Positions 27,266 through 37,882 of a stretch of 64,000 bases of DNA are shown here, one piece after another. This stretch comes from Patescibacteria group bacterium (GTDB lineage: Bacteria > Patescibacteriota > Microgenomatia > UBA10105 > UBA927). A program made the translations under genes and the position numbers. Location: assembly GCA_035510735.1 (NCBI GenBank), contig DATKGN010000013.1, forward strand, positions 192,596 through 256,595, written 5' to 3'. The notes under the pieces are model-generated. The model made no database searches and had not been told where the DNA came from. It saw only the letters and a list, made by a program, of their open reading frames with translations. How positions within the stretch are numbered: position 1 is the first letter of the stretch; every line of letters begins with the position of its first letter.

Positions 27266-29000
27266 GGGATTCCTCTTCTATCTCTGCCGCCGATAATTGC
27301 GACGTGACGATTCCGCGATAAACATCGCACGTCTTCATAAGATCGTTATGGCGCCCGTGTCCGACAATTTTTCCGTCGTCAAGGACGATGATCTGATCGG
27401 CATCTATAACCGTACTTACGCGCTGGGCCACAATAATGACGGTCGCCTCCCTGGTCTCTCCCTTAAGGGCTGTACGAAGTCGCGCGTCAGTTTTAAAGTC
27501 GAGTGCGGAGAATGTATCGTCAAATACGTAAATCTCAGGTTTCCGTACAAGCGCCCGGGCAATAGAAAGACGCTGCATCTGTCCGCCTGAAACGTTGGTT
27601 CCGCCCTGGGATATACGGGACTCAAACCCCTCCGGCATCTTCGAAATAAAGTCTGTGGCCTGCGCGACATCAGCCGCATGTTTGATTTCGGATTCCTTTG
27701 CGTCTTCTTTGCCATAGCGTATATTTTCATTAATCGTCCCTGAAAAAAGTACTGCTTTTTGCGGCACAAATCCGATCTTCGCTCGAAGCTCAGCCTGCGT
27801 CACCTCGCGGGTATCAACGCCGTCGACCAAAATTTTGCCCTTTTCCACATCGTAAAAACGCGGGATAAGATTCACCATGGTCGATTTACCCGACCCGGTG
27901 CCGCCGATAATGGCCGTCACTTCTCCAGGGGCGGCCGCGAAAGAAATATCAGTGAGGGCCGGTTTCTCCGCACCGTGATAGCTGAAAGTAACGTTGTCAA
28001 ACTCAACATATCCTTTTTGTTTTGAGGGAGATCTCTTTTTTTTCGGGTCGTTGATTTCCGGCTCCATAGCCATTACCTCGTTAATCCGGGTGGCCGATGC
28101 TTCAGCACGCGGGATCATAACAAATGTGACGGCGACCATGAGAAGCGAAAAAAGGATCTGGAATGCATACTGCAAAAACGCAAACATGGCCCCCAGTTCC
28201 AGCTTATCGGCAGCTACCCTGCGGCTTCCGAACCAGATGATGGCGACACTTGATACGTTTATCGTGAGCATCATGACCGGCATCATCGTCGCCATGAGCT
28301 GATTGACTTTTATTGCTATATTTGTCACGTCGTGATTGGCTACATCAAAGCGCTCCTCCTCGTGTTTAATCCGGTTAAATGCACGCACGACCCGCACTCC
28401 GGTAAGGTTTTCATCAAGAATCAAATTTAATTTGTCCAATTTGACCTGCATAACGCTAAATAGTGGAATGGCTTTAATTAAAAGCACAACGATAACAGCC
28501 ACAAGAAACGGCATGATCGCAACGAGTACCCATGCGAGTCCCACATCCTCATGGAGGGCTAAAATAATGCCGACAACAAGCGTAATCGGGGCGGTAATAA
28601 GGAGGTTGAAAATCATCACCATGACCTGCTGAATCTGGTTGGTGTCGTTGGTCGTCCTCGTGATAAGCGATGCAGTACTGATGGTGTCAAACTCATGAAG
28701 CGAAAAGTGCTGGACTTTTTTGAAAATATCGGCCCGCATGAGCGTGCACATGCCTGTAGCTATCTGGGAGGAATAATAGGTTCCGACGACCGCACAGATT
28801 GTGCCCGCAATAGCCACAAGAGCCATGAGGCCACCGGTCCGCCAGATAAATGCCGTATCAAACGCCGAAATGCCTTTATTGACGATGTCCGCCATGAGGG
28901 TTGGGAGGTAGAGGTTAGCAACCGACTGCCCGATTGCCAGGACAAAGACAAGGATCAGAAGATATTTATATGGCCGAAGATACTTTAATAGTTTAAGCAT
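27258..29000 (-). CDS. ABC exporter, fused TMD+NBD (heterodimer subunit 1, degenerate site)
   Basis: GGTGSGKS, VSGGQMQR, FDDTFS, AQRVST (TM287/TM288-like pair). Confidence 0.96.
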   Translation of the reverse strand: MLKLLKYLRPYKYLLILVFVLAIGQSVANLYLPTLMADIVNKGISAFDTAFIWRTGGLMALVAIAGTICAVVGTYYSSQIATGMCTLMRADIFKKVQHFSLHEFDTISTASLITRTTNDTNQIQQVMVMIFNLLITAPITLVVGIILALHEDVGLAWVLVAIMPFLVAVIVVLLIKAIPLFSVMQVKLDKLNLILDENLTGVRVVRAFNRIKHEEERFDVANHDVTNIAIKVNQLMATMMPVMMLTINVSSVAIIWFGSRRVAADKLELGAMFAFLQYAFQILFSLLMVAVTFVMIPRAEASATRINEVMAMEPEINDPKKKRSPSKQKGYVEFDNVTFSYHGAEKPALTDISFAAAPGEVTAIIGGTGSGKSTMVNLIPRFYDVEKGKILVDGVDTREVTQAELRAKIGFVPQKAVLFSGTINENIRYGKEDAKESEIKHAADVAQATDFISKMPEGFESRISQGGTNVSGGQMQRLSIARALVRKPEIYVFDDTFSALDFKTDARLRTALKGETREATVIIVAQRVSTVIDADQIIVLDDGKIVGHGRHNDLMKTCDVYRGIVTSQLSAAEIEEESHE

Positions 29001-29058
29001 GCGATTGGTAGATAGATTCTATTTTATAGTATGCGAGACGTGGGTATAATACCCTGCA

Positions 29059-29113
29059 TTGACATTCATCGATCAATATATTATACTCTATAATAGTTAG
29101 ATAATCAAACTAT
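29059..29113 (+). promoter_or_regulatory. Sigma70 promoter with palindromic MarR-type operator
   Basis: TTGACA(29059)-17bp-TATACT(29082); ATAGTTAGA-TAA-TCAAACTAT at 29093-29113. Confidence 0.7.
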
Positions 29114-29124
29114 ATTACCATCTT

Positions 29125-29562
29125 ATGAAAACTGACACTACCAATGACTTGGTTGAGAGAATATTTAAAGTCGCCCGTCTTATGAAAGACGAGATGTCGT
29201 ATACGCACGACGTAACACACTTAAGTATATTACAAATTCAGACGCTGTTTTTCCTCAAGCATGACAAAGATAAAAATATTTCCATGAGTGACATCGCAGC
29301 GTATTTCCGGATTGAACTGCCATCCGCAACGAGCCTCGTCAATAAGCTCTGTGACCAGAAGCTGGTAGAGCGTCGCGCTGACCAAAACGACAGACGACTC
29401 GTGTTAATAACACTGACTGCTGATGGAAAAACGATGCTGGAGGATGCAATGTGCGCGCGCAGGAAAAAACTCGAAAAAATTCTGTCATACTTATCGGAAA
29501 AGGAAAAATCGGACTTATCAAGTATCTTCAAAACACTGTATAATAAATTACAAGTAAAATGA
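29125..29562 (+). CDS. MarR-family transcriptional regulator
   Basis: LVERRADQNDRRLVLITLTADG wing motif. Confidence 0.95.
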   Translation: MKTDTTNDLVERIFKVARLMKDEMSYTHDVTHLSILQIQTLFFLKHDKDKNISMSDIAAYFRIELPSATSLVNKLCDQKLVERRADQNDRRLVLITLTADGKTMLEDAMCARRKKLEKILSYLSEKEKSDLSSIFKTLYNKLQVK

Positions 29563-30656
29563 ATAGGAAACGGATCGTCATAGTACTTGGCCTCGTCGCA
29601 CTGCTCATCATAGCAGGCGTTGTTGTGAGAAATCCCGTCGCCTATTCCAAGACAAACGCGGGACCAACGACGACCACATCGGTACAATTTGTACAATCTT
29701 CAATTACCGCAGACGGGGCCGTAACGGCTCAGGACGAGGCAGTACTGAATTTTCAGTTAGCAGGCAAACTCCAGTACCTTCCTGTGAAAGTCGGAGATAA
29801 GGTATATCAGGGGCAAACAATTGCATCGCTTGACTCTTATGCCCTCAGGCAGGAATTGCAACTTGCATCAAATGCCTACCAGTTGGTAAAAAATGGCACG
29901 GATCAAACACAGGAGTATAAGCAGGCAGGCATTTTGGAAGGTCAAACGCGGTACGCGCTTGACTTATCCAATAAGCAGGGTTACGCAGCAGTCACGGAAG
30001 CTACAGTTGTCTATGATACGGTGCAGCGCATCGTGGATGATGACCTCCTTGCCCAAAATTCAGCGCAAATAGGTGTTGATTTGGCAAAATATGCGGTAAC
30101 GCTTGCGAGTCTCACGTCGCCCATCAACGGTATCATCACCTATGAAGACGTCACCGTCCCCGGAGTAAACATTACACCGGTTACGACCTTCGTGGTCGCA
30201 GACCCGGCCTCCATGGTTTTCCGTGCCAACGTCCCCTTGGAGAATATCTACTATATCAGTGTTGGAAGCCCGGTTACGCTTGCTATTGACGGCATAGCAC
30301 ATAAGATAACCGGCACGGTAGTCAAAATATTTCCGACGAAGGTAACTCTCAAGAGCGGGCAGGCAGTGTATCAGGTTGATGTGGTCAGTGATGAACTAAA
30401 GAAACTTGCAAAATTAGACATGACAGGAAGTGCCATCATCAGTACGAATTCCGATAATGTCGCCCTCGTCCCCGCCTGGACAGTGCTGGGGGGCAAATAT
30501 GTCTGGGTGGACAATAACGGAACGCCGGAGCTAAGAACCGTGACCGCAGGAAAGATTCATGGAAAAGAAATAGAGATCACAAGCGGACTCTCCCCCAACG
30601 ACAACATCATCACTGATCCGAAATTCATATCAACACGCAAATATCTCATGTTATGA
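29559..30656 (+). CDS. Efflux periplasmic adaptor (HlyD/RND membrane fusion protein)
   Basis: AGKLQYLPVKVGDKVYQGQ, LTSPINGII, EITSGL. Confidence 0.85.
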   Translation: MNRKRIVIVLGLVALLIIAGVVVRNPVAYSKTNAGPTTTTSVQFVQSSITADGAVTAQDEAVLNFQLAGKLQYLPVKVGDKVYQGQTIASLDSYALRQELQLASNAYQLVKNGTDQTQEYKQAGILEGQTRYALDLSNKQGYAAVTEATVVYDTVQRIVDDDLLAQNSAQIGVDLAKYAVTLASLTSPINGIITYEDVTVPGVNITPVTTFVVADPASMVFRANVPLENIYYISVGSPVTLAIDGIAHKITGTVVKIFPTKVTLKSGQAVYQVDVVSDELKKLAKLDMTGSAIISTNSDNVALVPAWTVLGGKYVWVDNNGTPELRTVTAGKIHGKEIEITSGLSPNDNIITDPKFISTRKYLML

Positions 30657-31291
30657 AAAAAGAATTCCCATTATTCAAAAATAAAAAACTCTTGAGAATC
30701 GTCGGCGGCGTCTTTGTGGTGGTCCTGCTTTTGGTAGCATGTATCATCTTTCAGAAAATGACCGGGAGAGTATTTATTGACAACTCACTTATTCAATCTC
30801 CGGTCATCACGATTTCCCCATCCTCATCCGGTAAAGTGCAGGAAATTGACGTTAAGGAGGGGGCTACCGTACAAAACGGTGATACGCTGGCAGTCGTCGG
30901 CTCTGAAACCCTTCGCGCCGACACGGACGGGCTCGTTATATCGGCCCCGGATCTGACCGGATCAACAGTGAATCCCACAACACAGCTCATCCAAATGATA
31001 CGGCCGGTTAATCTACGCGTTACGGGTACAATCGATGAGAATAAAGGATTAAAAGACATCCATGTCGGGCAGGTCGTTTCATTTACGGTCGATGCGTTAC
31101 CGGGTAACACATATTGGGGGTATGTCGATGAAATCTCGCCGAGTGCTGTGGCTCCTGCATTTTCTTTTTCGACGTCAACCGAACGGGCGACACAACAATT
31201 TACCGTGTATGCAAAATTTGACTCAGCTTTATACCCCGCTATAAAAAACGGCATGTCCGCAAAAATGGTTGTGTACACGAAGACAAAATAA
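30653..31291 (+). CDS. HlyD/EmrA-like adaptor (short, no helical hairpin)
   Basis: SGKVQEIDVKEGATVQNGD, HVGQVVSFTVDALP, GMSA. Confidence 0.8.
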   Translation: MKKEFPLFKNKKLLRIVGGVFVVVLLLVACIIFQKMTGRVFIDNSLIQSPVITISPSSSGKVQEIDVKEGATVQNGDTLAVVGSETLRADTDGLVISAPDLTGSTVNPTTQLIQMIRPVNLRVTGTIDENKGLKDIHVGQVVSFTVDALPGNTYWGYVDEISPSAVAPAFSFSTSTERATQQFTVYAKFDSALYPAIKNGMSAKMVVYTKTK

Positions 31292-32238
31292 TGAGTGTCT
31301 CTCCCAAAAATCCTTCTGAAAACTCATTCAAAAAAATAGCCGGCTTCATTGTCCTTATTCTTGTTGGTATCTTTATCGGACGGATATTTTTGAGTCAGGC
31401 AAAACAAATACAGGCCTCCCTCGCGCTCGTGAGCTGGGTGAATATCCTGTTGAGCGTCATCATGTTTCTCTTCTATTTTTACGCGAGGGCGCTTTCATGG
31501 AACCTAATACTCAAATCCCTGGGAAGCCATTTTAAAATTAAAGATAGTTTATTTGCATGGTTTGCCGGAGAATCAACGAGATATGTACCCGGAAACGTCT
31601 GGTCCTTCGCGAGTAGATTTTTTTTATCCGTAACCCACGGGGTGCCCAAGACTAACGTCATTCTTTCGATACTGTTGGAAATCATTCTCATGCTGCCGGT
31701 AACGTTATTGTTATCAGTTCCGGCTCTTTGGATAAATTATGGAAAAGTGCATTTCAGCGTACTCACCGTTCTTGTCGTTATTGGTGTTCTCGCTCTGGCG
31801 ACCGGTATACTATTTTTCAGCAAGCGGGCGAAACAAGCGCTCAAAGAGCTACGGCACGTCCCACGAAAAATCTTTTTTACGAATACCTTCCTCGGCGCTT
31901 TACTTCTGCAGATCCTGGCGTGGAGCGCATTCGGATTGGGAAATTACTTTCTGATACAGCCGTTTGCACAGCACGTGTCCGCGGGCTTAGTTGTCTCGAT
32001 TTCCATACTCGCATGGTTTTTAGGGTATATAAGTATCGTGACTCCCATGGGTTTAGGAGTAAGAGAGGGTGCGCTTATTTTGCTTCTCGGGTCGGGCATC
32101 GGCCAGGGCCAGGCCGGGCTCGCTGCAGTTTTATCCCGGGTCGTACTTACATCGACTGAGGGCATAAACCTGCTTTATTGGTTGTATATATATCAAGGTA
32201 AAAAGAACAAAACGTTATTATCTCCGCACGTCAAGTAA
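31291..32238 (+). CDS. Lysylphosphatidylglycerol-synthase TM-domain / flippase-like protein (UPF0104)
   Basis: RYVPGNVW, PMGLGVREG, about 8 TMs. Confidence 0.85.
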   Translation: MSVSPKNPSENSFKKIAGFIVLILVGIFIGRIFLSQAKQIQASLALVSWVNILLSVIMFLFYFYARALSWNLILKSLGSHFKIKDSLFAWFAGESTRYVPGNVWSFASRFFLSVTHGVPKTNVILSILLEIILMLPVTLLLSVPALWINYGKVHFSVLTVLVVIGVLALATGILFFSKRAKQALKELRHVPRKIFFTNTFLGALLLQILAWSAFGLGNYFLIQPFAQHVSAGLVVSISILAWFLGYISIVTPMGLGVREGALILLLGSGIGQGQAGLAAVLSRVVLTSTEGINLLYWLYIYQGKKNKTLLSPHVK

Positions 32239-33036
32239 TTCTTTAGAATAATCAACATACGTATTAAATAACATCGCTGACTCTGCTACTTTACCGCTGT
32301 TATACAGTAAATTTTTATCTACAGACAAGTCAAAGGGTTCAATAGATAGCTCTTCCATCTTTTTAGCCAACGACAACCACCCTTTCGCAAATGCTCTTTC
32401 GTCAGCATGAACAGCATCGACTACCGGATCTTTAATGCCTTCCATTGTTAGAAGATGAGTTATTCCGTATGTTGCCAACAAAGCACGGAAGTATCTGATC
32501 TGATGTTTAGATCCTCTTGTTTCGGGATCAAATGAAACGACTGTTTCTATCCTTTGAACAAAGGGTATCACATCGCTAAATGTATCCCGTAATCCTACAG
32601 AGATTGTTCCTCCGTTTTGAAAAACCAAGGGATTGATATTTCCATAACCGTAACAGTCTTCGGGTTCTCCGATTTTTGAATAATAGCGTGTCAGAAGTAT
32701 TCTCTTTTTTAGAACATCGCTAATCTGATCGGGGCTATTATAAATCGCGTTAAGATCGGTTAACATTGCCGGCGCCATATCGTCCCTGCTTAAACCGTTA
32801 TTCAAATACCACGATCCTAACGCAAATAAAATTGACCTCTCAGAAGTAAGATCACCATCTAATTGCTCAGTCGCACATCTGCGCCTGCGGGAAAGCGCCA
32901 TAGTCTCTCTTGTGAGCTGAAGGATCGAATCGGGATCCAACTCGGAAATACTACTATCGGGAACATGTCTGTATCCTCCATCATATTCCTTTCGGCTATT
33001 GGGATGGCCTGTTATTATGCTCCAGAATCCACTCAT
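32218..33036 (-). CDS. Hypothetical protein
   Basis: Long ORF; start MSGFWS preferred over the track start 33105. Confidence 0.65.
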   Translation of the reverse strand: MSGFWSIITGHPNSRKEYDGGYRHVPDSSISELDPDSILQLTRETMALSRRRRCATEQLDGDLTSERSILFALGSWYLNNGLSRDDMAPAMLTDLNAIYNSPDQISDVLKKRILLTRYYSKIGEPEDCYGYGNINPLVFQNGGTISVGLRDTFSDVIPFVQRIETVVSFDPETRGSKHQIRYFRALLATYGITHLLTMEGIKDPVVDAVHADERAFAKGWLSLAKKMEELSIEPFDLSVDKNLLYNSGKVAESAMLFNTYVDYSKELLDVRR

Positions 33037-33151
33037 ATGAGAAGATATAGTACTATGTCTTTGAAAAACAATCAAGAAAAAATAAACAGGCTGTAAGGAG
33101 TACATTGCCCGAGTCCGTTCGAATCAACGTTGTTCAACGAATGCTCATTCT

Positions 33152-34135
33152 TTACCACCGATAATGGACGTGAGGTTTGATGAACGAACCGTAAATTTTC
33201 TCTACTTTTGCCAAAACCTCTGCTTTGAGAGGGGGAAGGTCGCTGGCTTTGCTATTTTCCAAAACCTGCTCAGGAGTTTTTCCGCCGGCAATCACTGTGG
33301 AAACGGCGTCATGCATAAGGATCCACTTTAGGGCAAACTGCGACATCGTGTATCCTGTTGGAATAACGCTTTTGAGTTTTTTTACCGCGGAAATGCCCGT
33401 CTCAAAGTCCACACCAGCGAACGTTTCTCCAACATCAAACATTTCGCCGTGCCGGTTATACGAACGATGGTCATTGTTTGTAAACTTCGAATTGCGGTCA
33501 AATTTGCCCGTCAAAAGTCCGCTTGCCAGCGGAACCCGAACGATAACCCCGATATTGCGTTTGACAGCTTCATGAAAAAATAATTCCATCGGCCGCTCCC
33601 GGAACATGTTAAAAATAATCTGCACCGTCGAGACGTTAGGGAATTCAATCGCTTTCAATGCTTCCTCCACTTTTTCAACGCTCACGCCATAATGACGAAT
33701 CTTCCCTGATTTCACCAAATCATCCAGTGCTTCAAAGACCTCCGGCATGTAATAGACCGGGGTCGGTGGACAATGAAGCTGAAGTAAATCAAGGCAATCA
33801 ACTCCAAGATTTTTGAGACTGCGGTCAATAAAAGCAACGAGATTTCTCTTCGTATACCCTTCGGTTACATGAGGATTAAGTCTTCTGCCTGCTTTTGTGG
33901 CTACATAAAAAGAAGTTTTTTCCGTTAGCCTGAATTTTGCAATAAACTTTTCACTCCTGCCATCTCCGTAGACATCAGCAGTATCGATGAAGTTGATTCC
34001 AATCTTCGGCAACGTTCGAAGCGTAGACAATGCCTGACCTTCTGATACATCACCCCAGTCCGCACCCAATGACCATGAACCGTATCCAATCTCAGACACT
34101 CTATATCCGGTTTTCCCAAGTATTCTATATTTCAT
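33152..34135 (-). CDS. Aldo/keto reductase
   Basis: VSEIGYG, IDTADVYGDGRSE, ATK, DLLQLH, VPLASGLLTGK. Confidence 0.96.
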   Translation of the reverse strand: MKYRILGKTGYRVSEIGYGSWSLGADWGDVSEGQALSTLRTLPKIGINFIDTADVYGDGRSEKFIAKFRLTEKTSFYVATKAGRRLNPHVTEGYTKRNLVAFIDRSLKNLGVDCLDLLQLHCPPTPVYYMPEVFEALDDLVKSGKIRHYGVSVEKVEEALKAIEFPNVSTVQIIFNMFRERPMELFFHEAVKRNIGVIVRVPLASGLLTGKFDRNSKFTNNDHRSYNRHGEMFDVGETFAGVDFETGISAVKKLKSVIPTGYTMSQFALKWILMHDAVSTVIAGGKTPEQVLENSKASDLPPLKAEVLAKVEKIYGSFIKPHVHYRW

Positions 34136-34148
34136 ATGCACTATAGTA

Positions 34149-34665
34149 CGCGGAATCAAAGCAGGTCTCAAGAAGAAGATATGTAAACTCGCCTATTATA
34201 TGAAGTTAACTTCGAGCTTAGGTGCCGGTTTAAATGATATATAGATCTGTGACGAGAGTACTCGATTCAAACAATTCAGCCTTTCTCCGGGAAATTACAT
34301 CATGCGGTGAGACATATTCAACGCGGCTGCAAAGAAATGTCCGGCCTGGAGAAACTTTTGATTATTTATTTCTTCTTTTCGATAGAGTATCACCTGCGTT
34401 GACGAATGAAGTTCGGTAAGCGTATGCCAGATTTCATCAGGCGATGTCGGATAATCCCAGAAGCTCATATCCATCTCAATTCCTCCGAGATTCAACCCGT
34501 CTAAGGGAGTCTTAAAATCTGCAAACTTAACAAGTCTTCGACCTGATAAATCGAGGAGAGCTGATTCGGCCAGAAAATATGAAGAGACACTCTCAAACGG
34601 AATAAATCGGTGATCCCTCTCACATATTCGTGATTAAACCGGTCTCCCTCCATACTGACGTTCAT
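34149..34665 (-). pseudogene. Frameshifted orphan gene
   Basis: TACAAT + ATG at 34665 (MNVSMEGDRF...), then open frames in succession (RDHRFIPF...LNMSH, then DVISRRKAELF...SSS*), requiring two frameshifts. Confidence 0.45.
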
Positions 34666-34752
34666 GATAGGTGATTGTATGTGCGGGCCTTACAAAGTCA
34701 ATATTAACGGTCTAAACCTCTCTCAGGCTCCGATTAATGGTACAATGACCTC

Positions 34753-35730
34753 ATGTTAGTCGATAATATCAACCTCACGATCAAAGCCGGAAACGGCGGC
34801 AGCGGCTCAGGACACCTCAGGCGGGATGGCCAGACGGCCAAGGGCGGCCCGGACGGCGGAAACGGTGGTAATGGCGGTAATATCTATTTTCAAGGCTCAC
34901 ACAACGTTACAGACCTCCGTGAATTCCGCTACAAAAAGAAGATTGAGGCGGAAAACGGCACGGATGGTAAAAAGCAGAAAATGTTCGGCAAGAACGCCCC
35001 CAACGTCACGACGGTTGTCCCTCTGGGGACCCGGATCACTGATCTCAAAACGAAGGCTATCGTTGAAATTACGGATACGACTTCGATACTGTTCGCGCGC
35101 GGCGGGAAGGGTGGACGGGGCAACGTTGAATTTAAATCATCTACCAACCAGACGCCGACAAATTTCGACGTCGGAGAAAAGGGAGAGGAAAAATATCTGT
35201 TCCTAGAACTCCGGCTCATTGCGGAAATCGGTCTCATCGGACTTCCGAACGCCGGGAAAAGTAGCCTTCTCACTGTATTAACGAACGCCACACCAGCAAT
35301 CGGCGCCTATCCGTTTACGACGCTCGAACCCACGATCGGCATGCTGGGAACTCATCCCATCGCCGACATCCCCGGACTCATTGAGGGAGCATCAAAAGGC
35401 AAAGGCCTGGGAATAGATTTCCTACGGCATATCGAGAAAACAAAAATCCTCCTACATTGCCTCGACGTTACAAGTGCCGACCCGCAACAGGCGTATAACA
35501 CAATACGGGAAGAATTTAGGGCGTTTGATCCCCTCTTGTTGGATAAACCTGAATACATAGTCCTCACGAAAACTGATCTAACTGACGTTGATACGATTAA
35601 AAAAGTCACGAAACTCTTCACCAAAGCAAAAAAACACGTGCTGGCCTCTTCGGTGTATGATGAAAAAACGGTGGAAGCGCTCAAAAAAACGCTCGCTAAA
35701 CTTCTGACAGCAACAACTGCGGCGGTATGA
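34753..35730 (+). CDS. obgE: GTPase ObgE/CgtA
   Basis: Gly-rich Obg fold GGPDGGNGGNGG, GLPNAGKS, YPFTTLEP, DIPGLIEGAS, TKTD. Confidence 0.97.
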   Translation: MLVDNINLTIKAGNGGSGSGHLRRDGQTAKGGPDGGNGGNGGNIYFQGSHNVTDLREFRYKKKIEAENGTDGKKQKMFGKNAPNVTTVVPLGTRITDLKTKAIVEITDTTSILFARGGKGGRGNVEFKSSTNQTPTNFDVGEKGEEKYLFLELRLIAEIGLIGLPNAGKSSLLTVLTNATPAIGAYPFTTLEPTIGMLGTHPIADIPGLIEGASKGKGLGIDFLRHIEKTKILLHCLDVTSADPQQAYNTIREEFRAFDPLLLDKPEYIVLTKTDLTDVDTIKKVTKLFTKAKKHVLASSVYDEKTVEALKKTLAKLLTATTAAV

Positions 35731-36203
35731 AACAACTATTTTTGAAAAAAGAACCAAGAATTCCGTTTACCAAAGAGGGCTATCAAAAACTGATTGAAGA
35801 AAAAGCAAGCCTGACTGCACAAAGACCTGATGCTGTTGAGCATCTGCGGCTTGCACGGAATATGGGTGATCTTTCCGAAAACGGCTACTACAAAGCATCG
35901 CGCCAAAAATTGTCCTTCATAGATTCCAGAATCCGCCGGGTTGAACGCTTAATCCGACTTGCGGTGATTGTTGAATCGACACATGGCGGTATGGTTGATA
36001 TAGGAAGCGTCGTAACGGTATCAGATGGAACAAACACGTCGCAATATTCAATTGTCGGAGGCTATGAATCAGATCCTTCAAAAAAAACAATTTCACATAT
36101 TTCCCCCTTAGGAAAAGCACTTATGAGTAAAAAACAAAACGATGTTGTTGAGGTCAGAGCCCCTTCGGGGATTAAAAAATACAGAATTCTCATAATTAGC
36201 TAA
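35727..36203 (+). CDS. greA: Transcription elongation factor GreA
   Basis: GDLSENGYY, ISHISPLGKAL, APSG. Confidence 0.93.
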   Translation: MKQLFLKKEPRIPFTKEGYQKLIEEKASLTAQRPDAVEHLRLARNMGDLSENGYYKASRQKLSFIDSRIRRVERLIRLAVIVESTHGGMVDIGSVVTVSDGTNTSQYSIVGGYESDPSKKTISHISPLGKALMSKKQNDVVEVRAPSGIKKYRILIIS

Positions 36204-36205
36204 TG

Positions 36206-37042
36206 CTATTCGGGCAAATACAGACTTTTACCTTTCTTCACAACTAACCCGTCTTTTATAAGGCTCCCGATAATTGATTGGAGAAACTGCCGGGGTTTAC
36301 CGTATTTTTTTATCAAGTTTGTAATGAGCTGATCCTCACCGATTTTATCTTGACGGAGAATATCAATAATGCGACCGCGGTAAAAACGGTTGGATTCCTT
36401 GAAGGGAATTGATTTCTTCTTTTCTGCTGTTCTGCCTATTCGCCTCATCGGCGGATGGATCTTCTTTAACTTAGAAGATCCAAAGTCCATAAGCGCCTGG
36501 TGCCACTCCCAGGATTTCCCTACGGGCACCAATTGGTCGGCCGCAGCCTGAATAACCGCCGGTTTCTGTGGTTTATCTCTAAAAAAGAAATGCGTAATGA
36601 TTTGACGTATGTTTGTGTCGACCATAGCGACATTTTGTCGATAAGCGAACACCATAATTGCTCGAGCAGTATATATACCCAATCCGGGGAGTTTAGTAAG
36701 TGACTCCTCATCTTTTGGAAAAATTCCATGGTAAATCCTGACAACTTCCTGCGCAGTCTTATAGAGATACAGCGCCCGGCGGTTATATCCCATCCCCTTC
36801 CAGATCCGCAAAACATCACCAGGAGAGGCTTTTGCAAGGTCATATACTGTCGGGTACCGTTCGATAAACTCACGGTACTTCGGGAGGACCCGAAGTACCT
36901 GCGTCTGCTGGAGCATCACTTCAGAAACGAGAATTTTATACGGATCGTTCGTACGCCGCCACGGGAGGTCGCGGCGATTGGTTTTCCACCAGGAAAAAAT
37001 GAATCGTTGAAATTCATCCATCCGCTTTGTTGGTATATTCAT
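36206..37042 (-). CDS. mutY: A/G-specific adenine glycosylase (truncated, no Fe-S motif)
   Basis: RDLPWR, SEVMLQQTQV, WKGMGYNRRA, LPGLGIYTA, VDTNIR; start may be 37090. Confidence 0.88.
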   Translation of the reverse strand: MNIPTKRMDEFQRFIFSWWKTNRRDLPWRRTNDPYKILVSEVMLQQTQVLRVLPKYREFIERYPTVYDLAKASPGDVLRIWKGMGYNRRALYLYKTAQEVVRIYHGIFPKDEESLTKLPGLGIYTARAIMVFAYRQNVAMVDTNIRQIITHFFFRDKPQKPAVIQAAADQLVPVGKSWEWHQALMDFGSSKLKKIHPPMRRIGRTAEKKKSIPFKESNRFYRGRIIDILRQDKIGEDQLITNLIKKYGKPRQFLQSIIGSLIKDGLVVKKGKSLYLPE

Positions 37043-37122
37043 TGCCGATAATACTAACAGAGACTCTCCGATAATGGAAAGTCTCTGCATTTTAACTAAG
37101 TAACCAACTAACTAAATAACTA

Positions 37123-37821
37123 TTACGGCGTCGGTGTGACCGTTGGTGTAACAGTTGCTTTCACCGGCAGACTGAAGTCTCTGACTTCCGTTACTTCTGT
37201 TATAGTGCTTGAAGTCCTATCCCACAAACCCCGAACGCGGATCTTATGGCCGACTGCAATGTCGGACTGTGCAAGTGTTCCGCCCTTACGATCCTTAAAC
37301 TTTGTTGTCGATGACACAGTCACCGTCTGATTACCGCGCTCGACGGTTGTCATCGTCCAGCCTGAACTTGTGAGTGATTGAACGGTTCCGAAAAATACCC
37401 CGTTATACTTCTGTATCGATACATCGCGGACCAGTTTCGCCTGGATTGTCGTGTTTGTACTGTCCGTCCAGGTTCCGTACACATTCACCGTATCGCCAAC
37501 CTGCATTTCAGTTATGGATCCTTTTCCCCAATATCTGCGACGATCCTGTGTGTTTCCATCGGTAAGAACCGTATACGTTTTGCCGTTTTGACTAACGGTG
37601 AGCGTTGTACCATTAATTCCCGTGATACTTGCTCCAATTAAGGAAGCGTGGGTTTGCAAAAATGTTCTGATTTTCCCGCCTGCTGTCGCAAAATTTTTTC
37701 CGATGCCTTCACCAACAGCCCGTAAAAACGGGTGCCCCATAGCTGCAAAAGCTGGGGTAGCCGTCGTAAGACCAAACCCGAGTAGAATCATTATCCAAAA
37801 TATCTGCATTTTTTGTTTCAT
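37123..37821 (-). CDS. Secreted protein with tandem OB-like (DUF5666-type) repeats
   Basis: Signal peptide, two G-x-V...T-x-x-V...VG-x-V-x-V-x-G repeats, PT tail. Confidence 0.7.
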   Translation of the reverse strand: MKQKMQIFWIMILLGFGLTTATPAFAAMGHPFLRAVGEGIGKNFATAGGKIRTFLQTHASLIGASITGINGTTLTVSQNGKTYTVLTDGNTQDRRRYWGKGSITEMQVGDTVNVYGTWTDSTNTTIQAKLVRDVSIQKYNGVFFGTVQSLTSSGWTMTTVERGNQTVTVSSTTKFKDRKGGTLAQSDIAVGHKIRVRGLWDRTSSTITEVTEVRDFSLPVKATVTPTVTPTP

Positions 37822-37849
37822 AGTTGTTCTCCTTTAGTACTATATATAG

Positions 37850-37876
37850 TACGCATAAACCGCCAATAAAGTTTCA
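37850..37876 (-). promoter_or_regulatory. Putative ECF-sigma promoter
   Basis: TGAAAC-N17-CGTA upstream of 37821, next to the ECF sigma gene. Confidence 0.45.
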
Positions 37877-37882
37877 TCAGGT

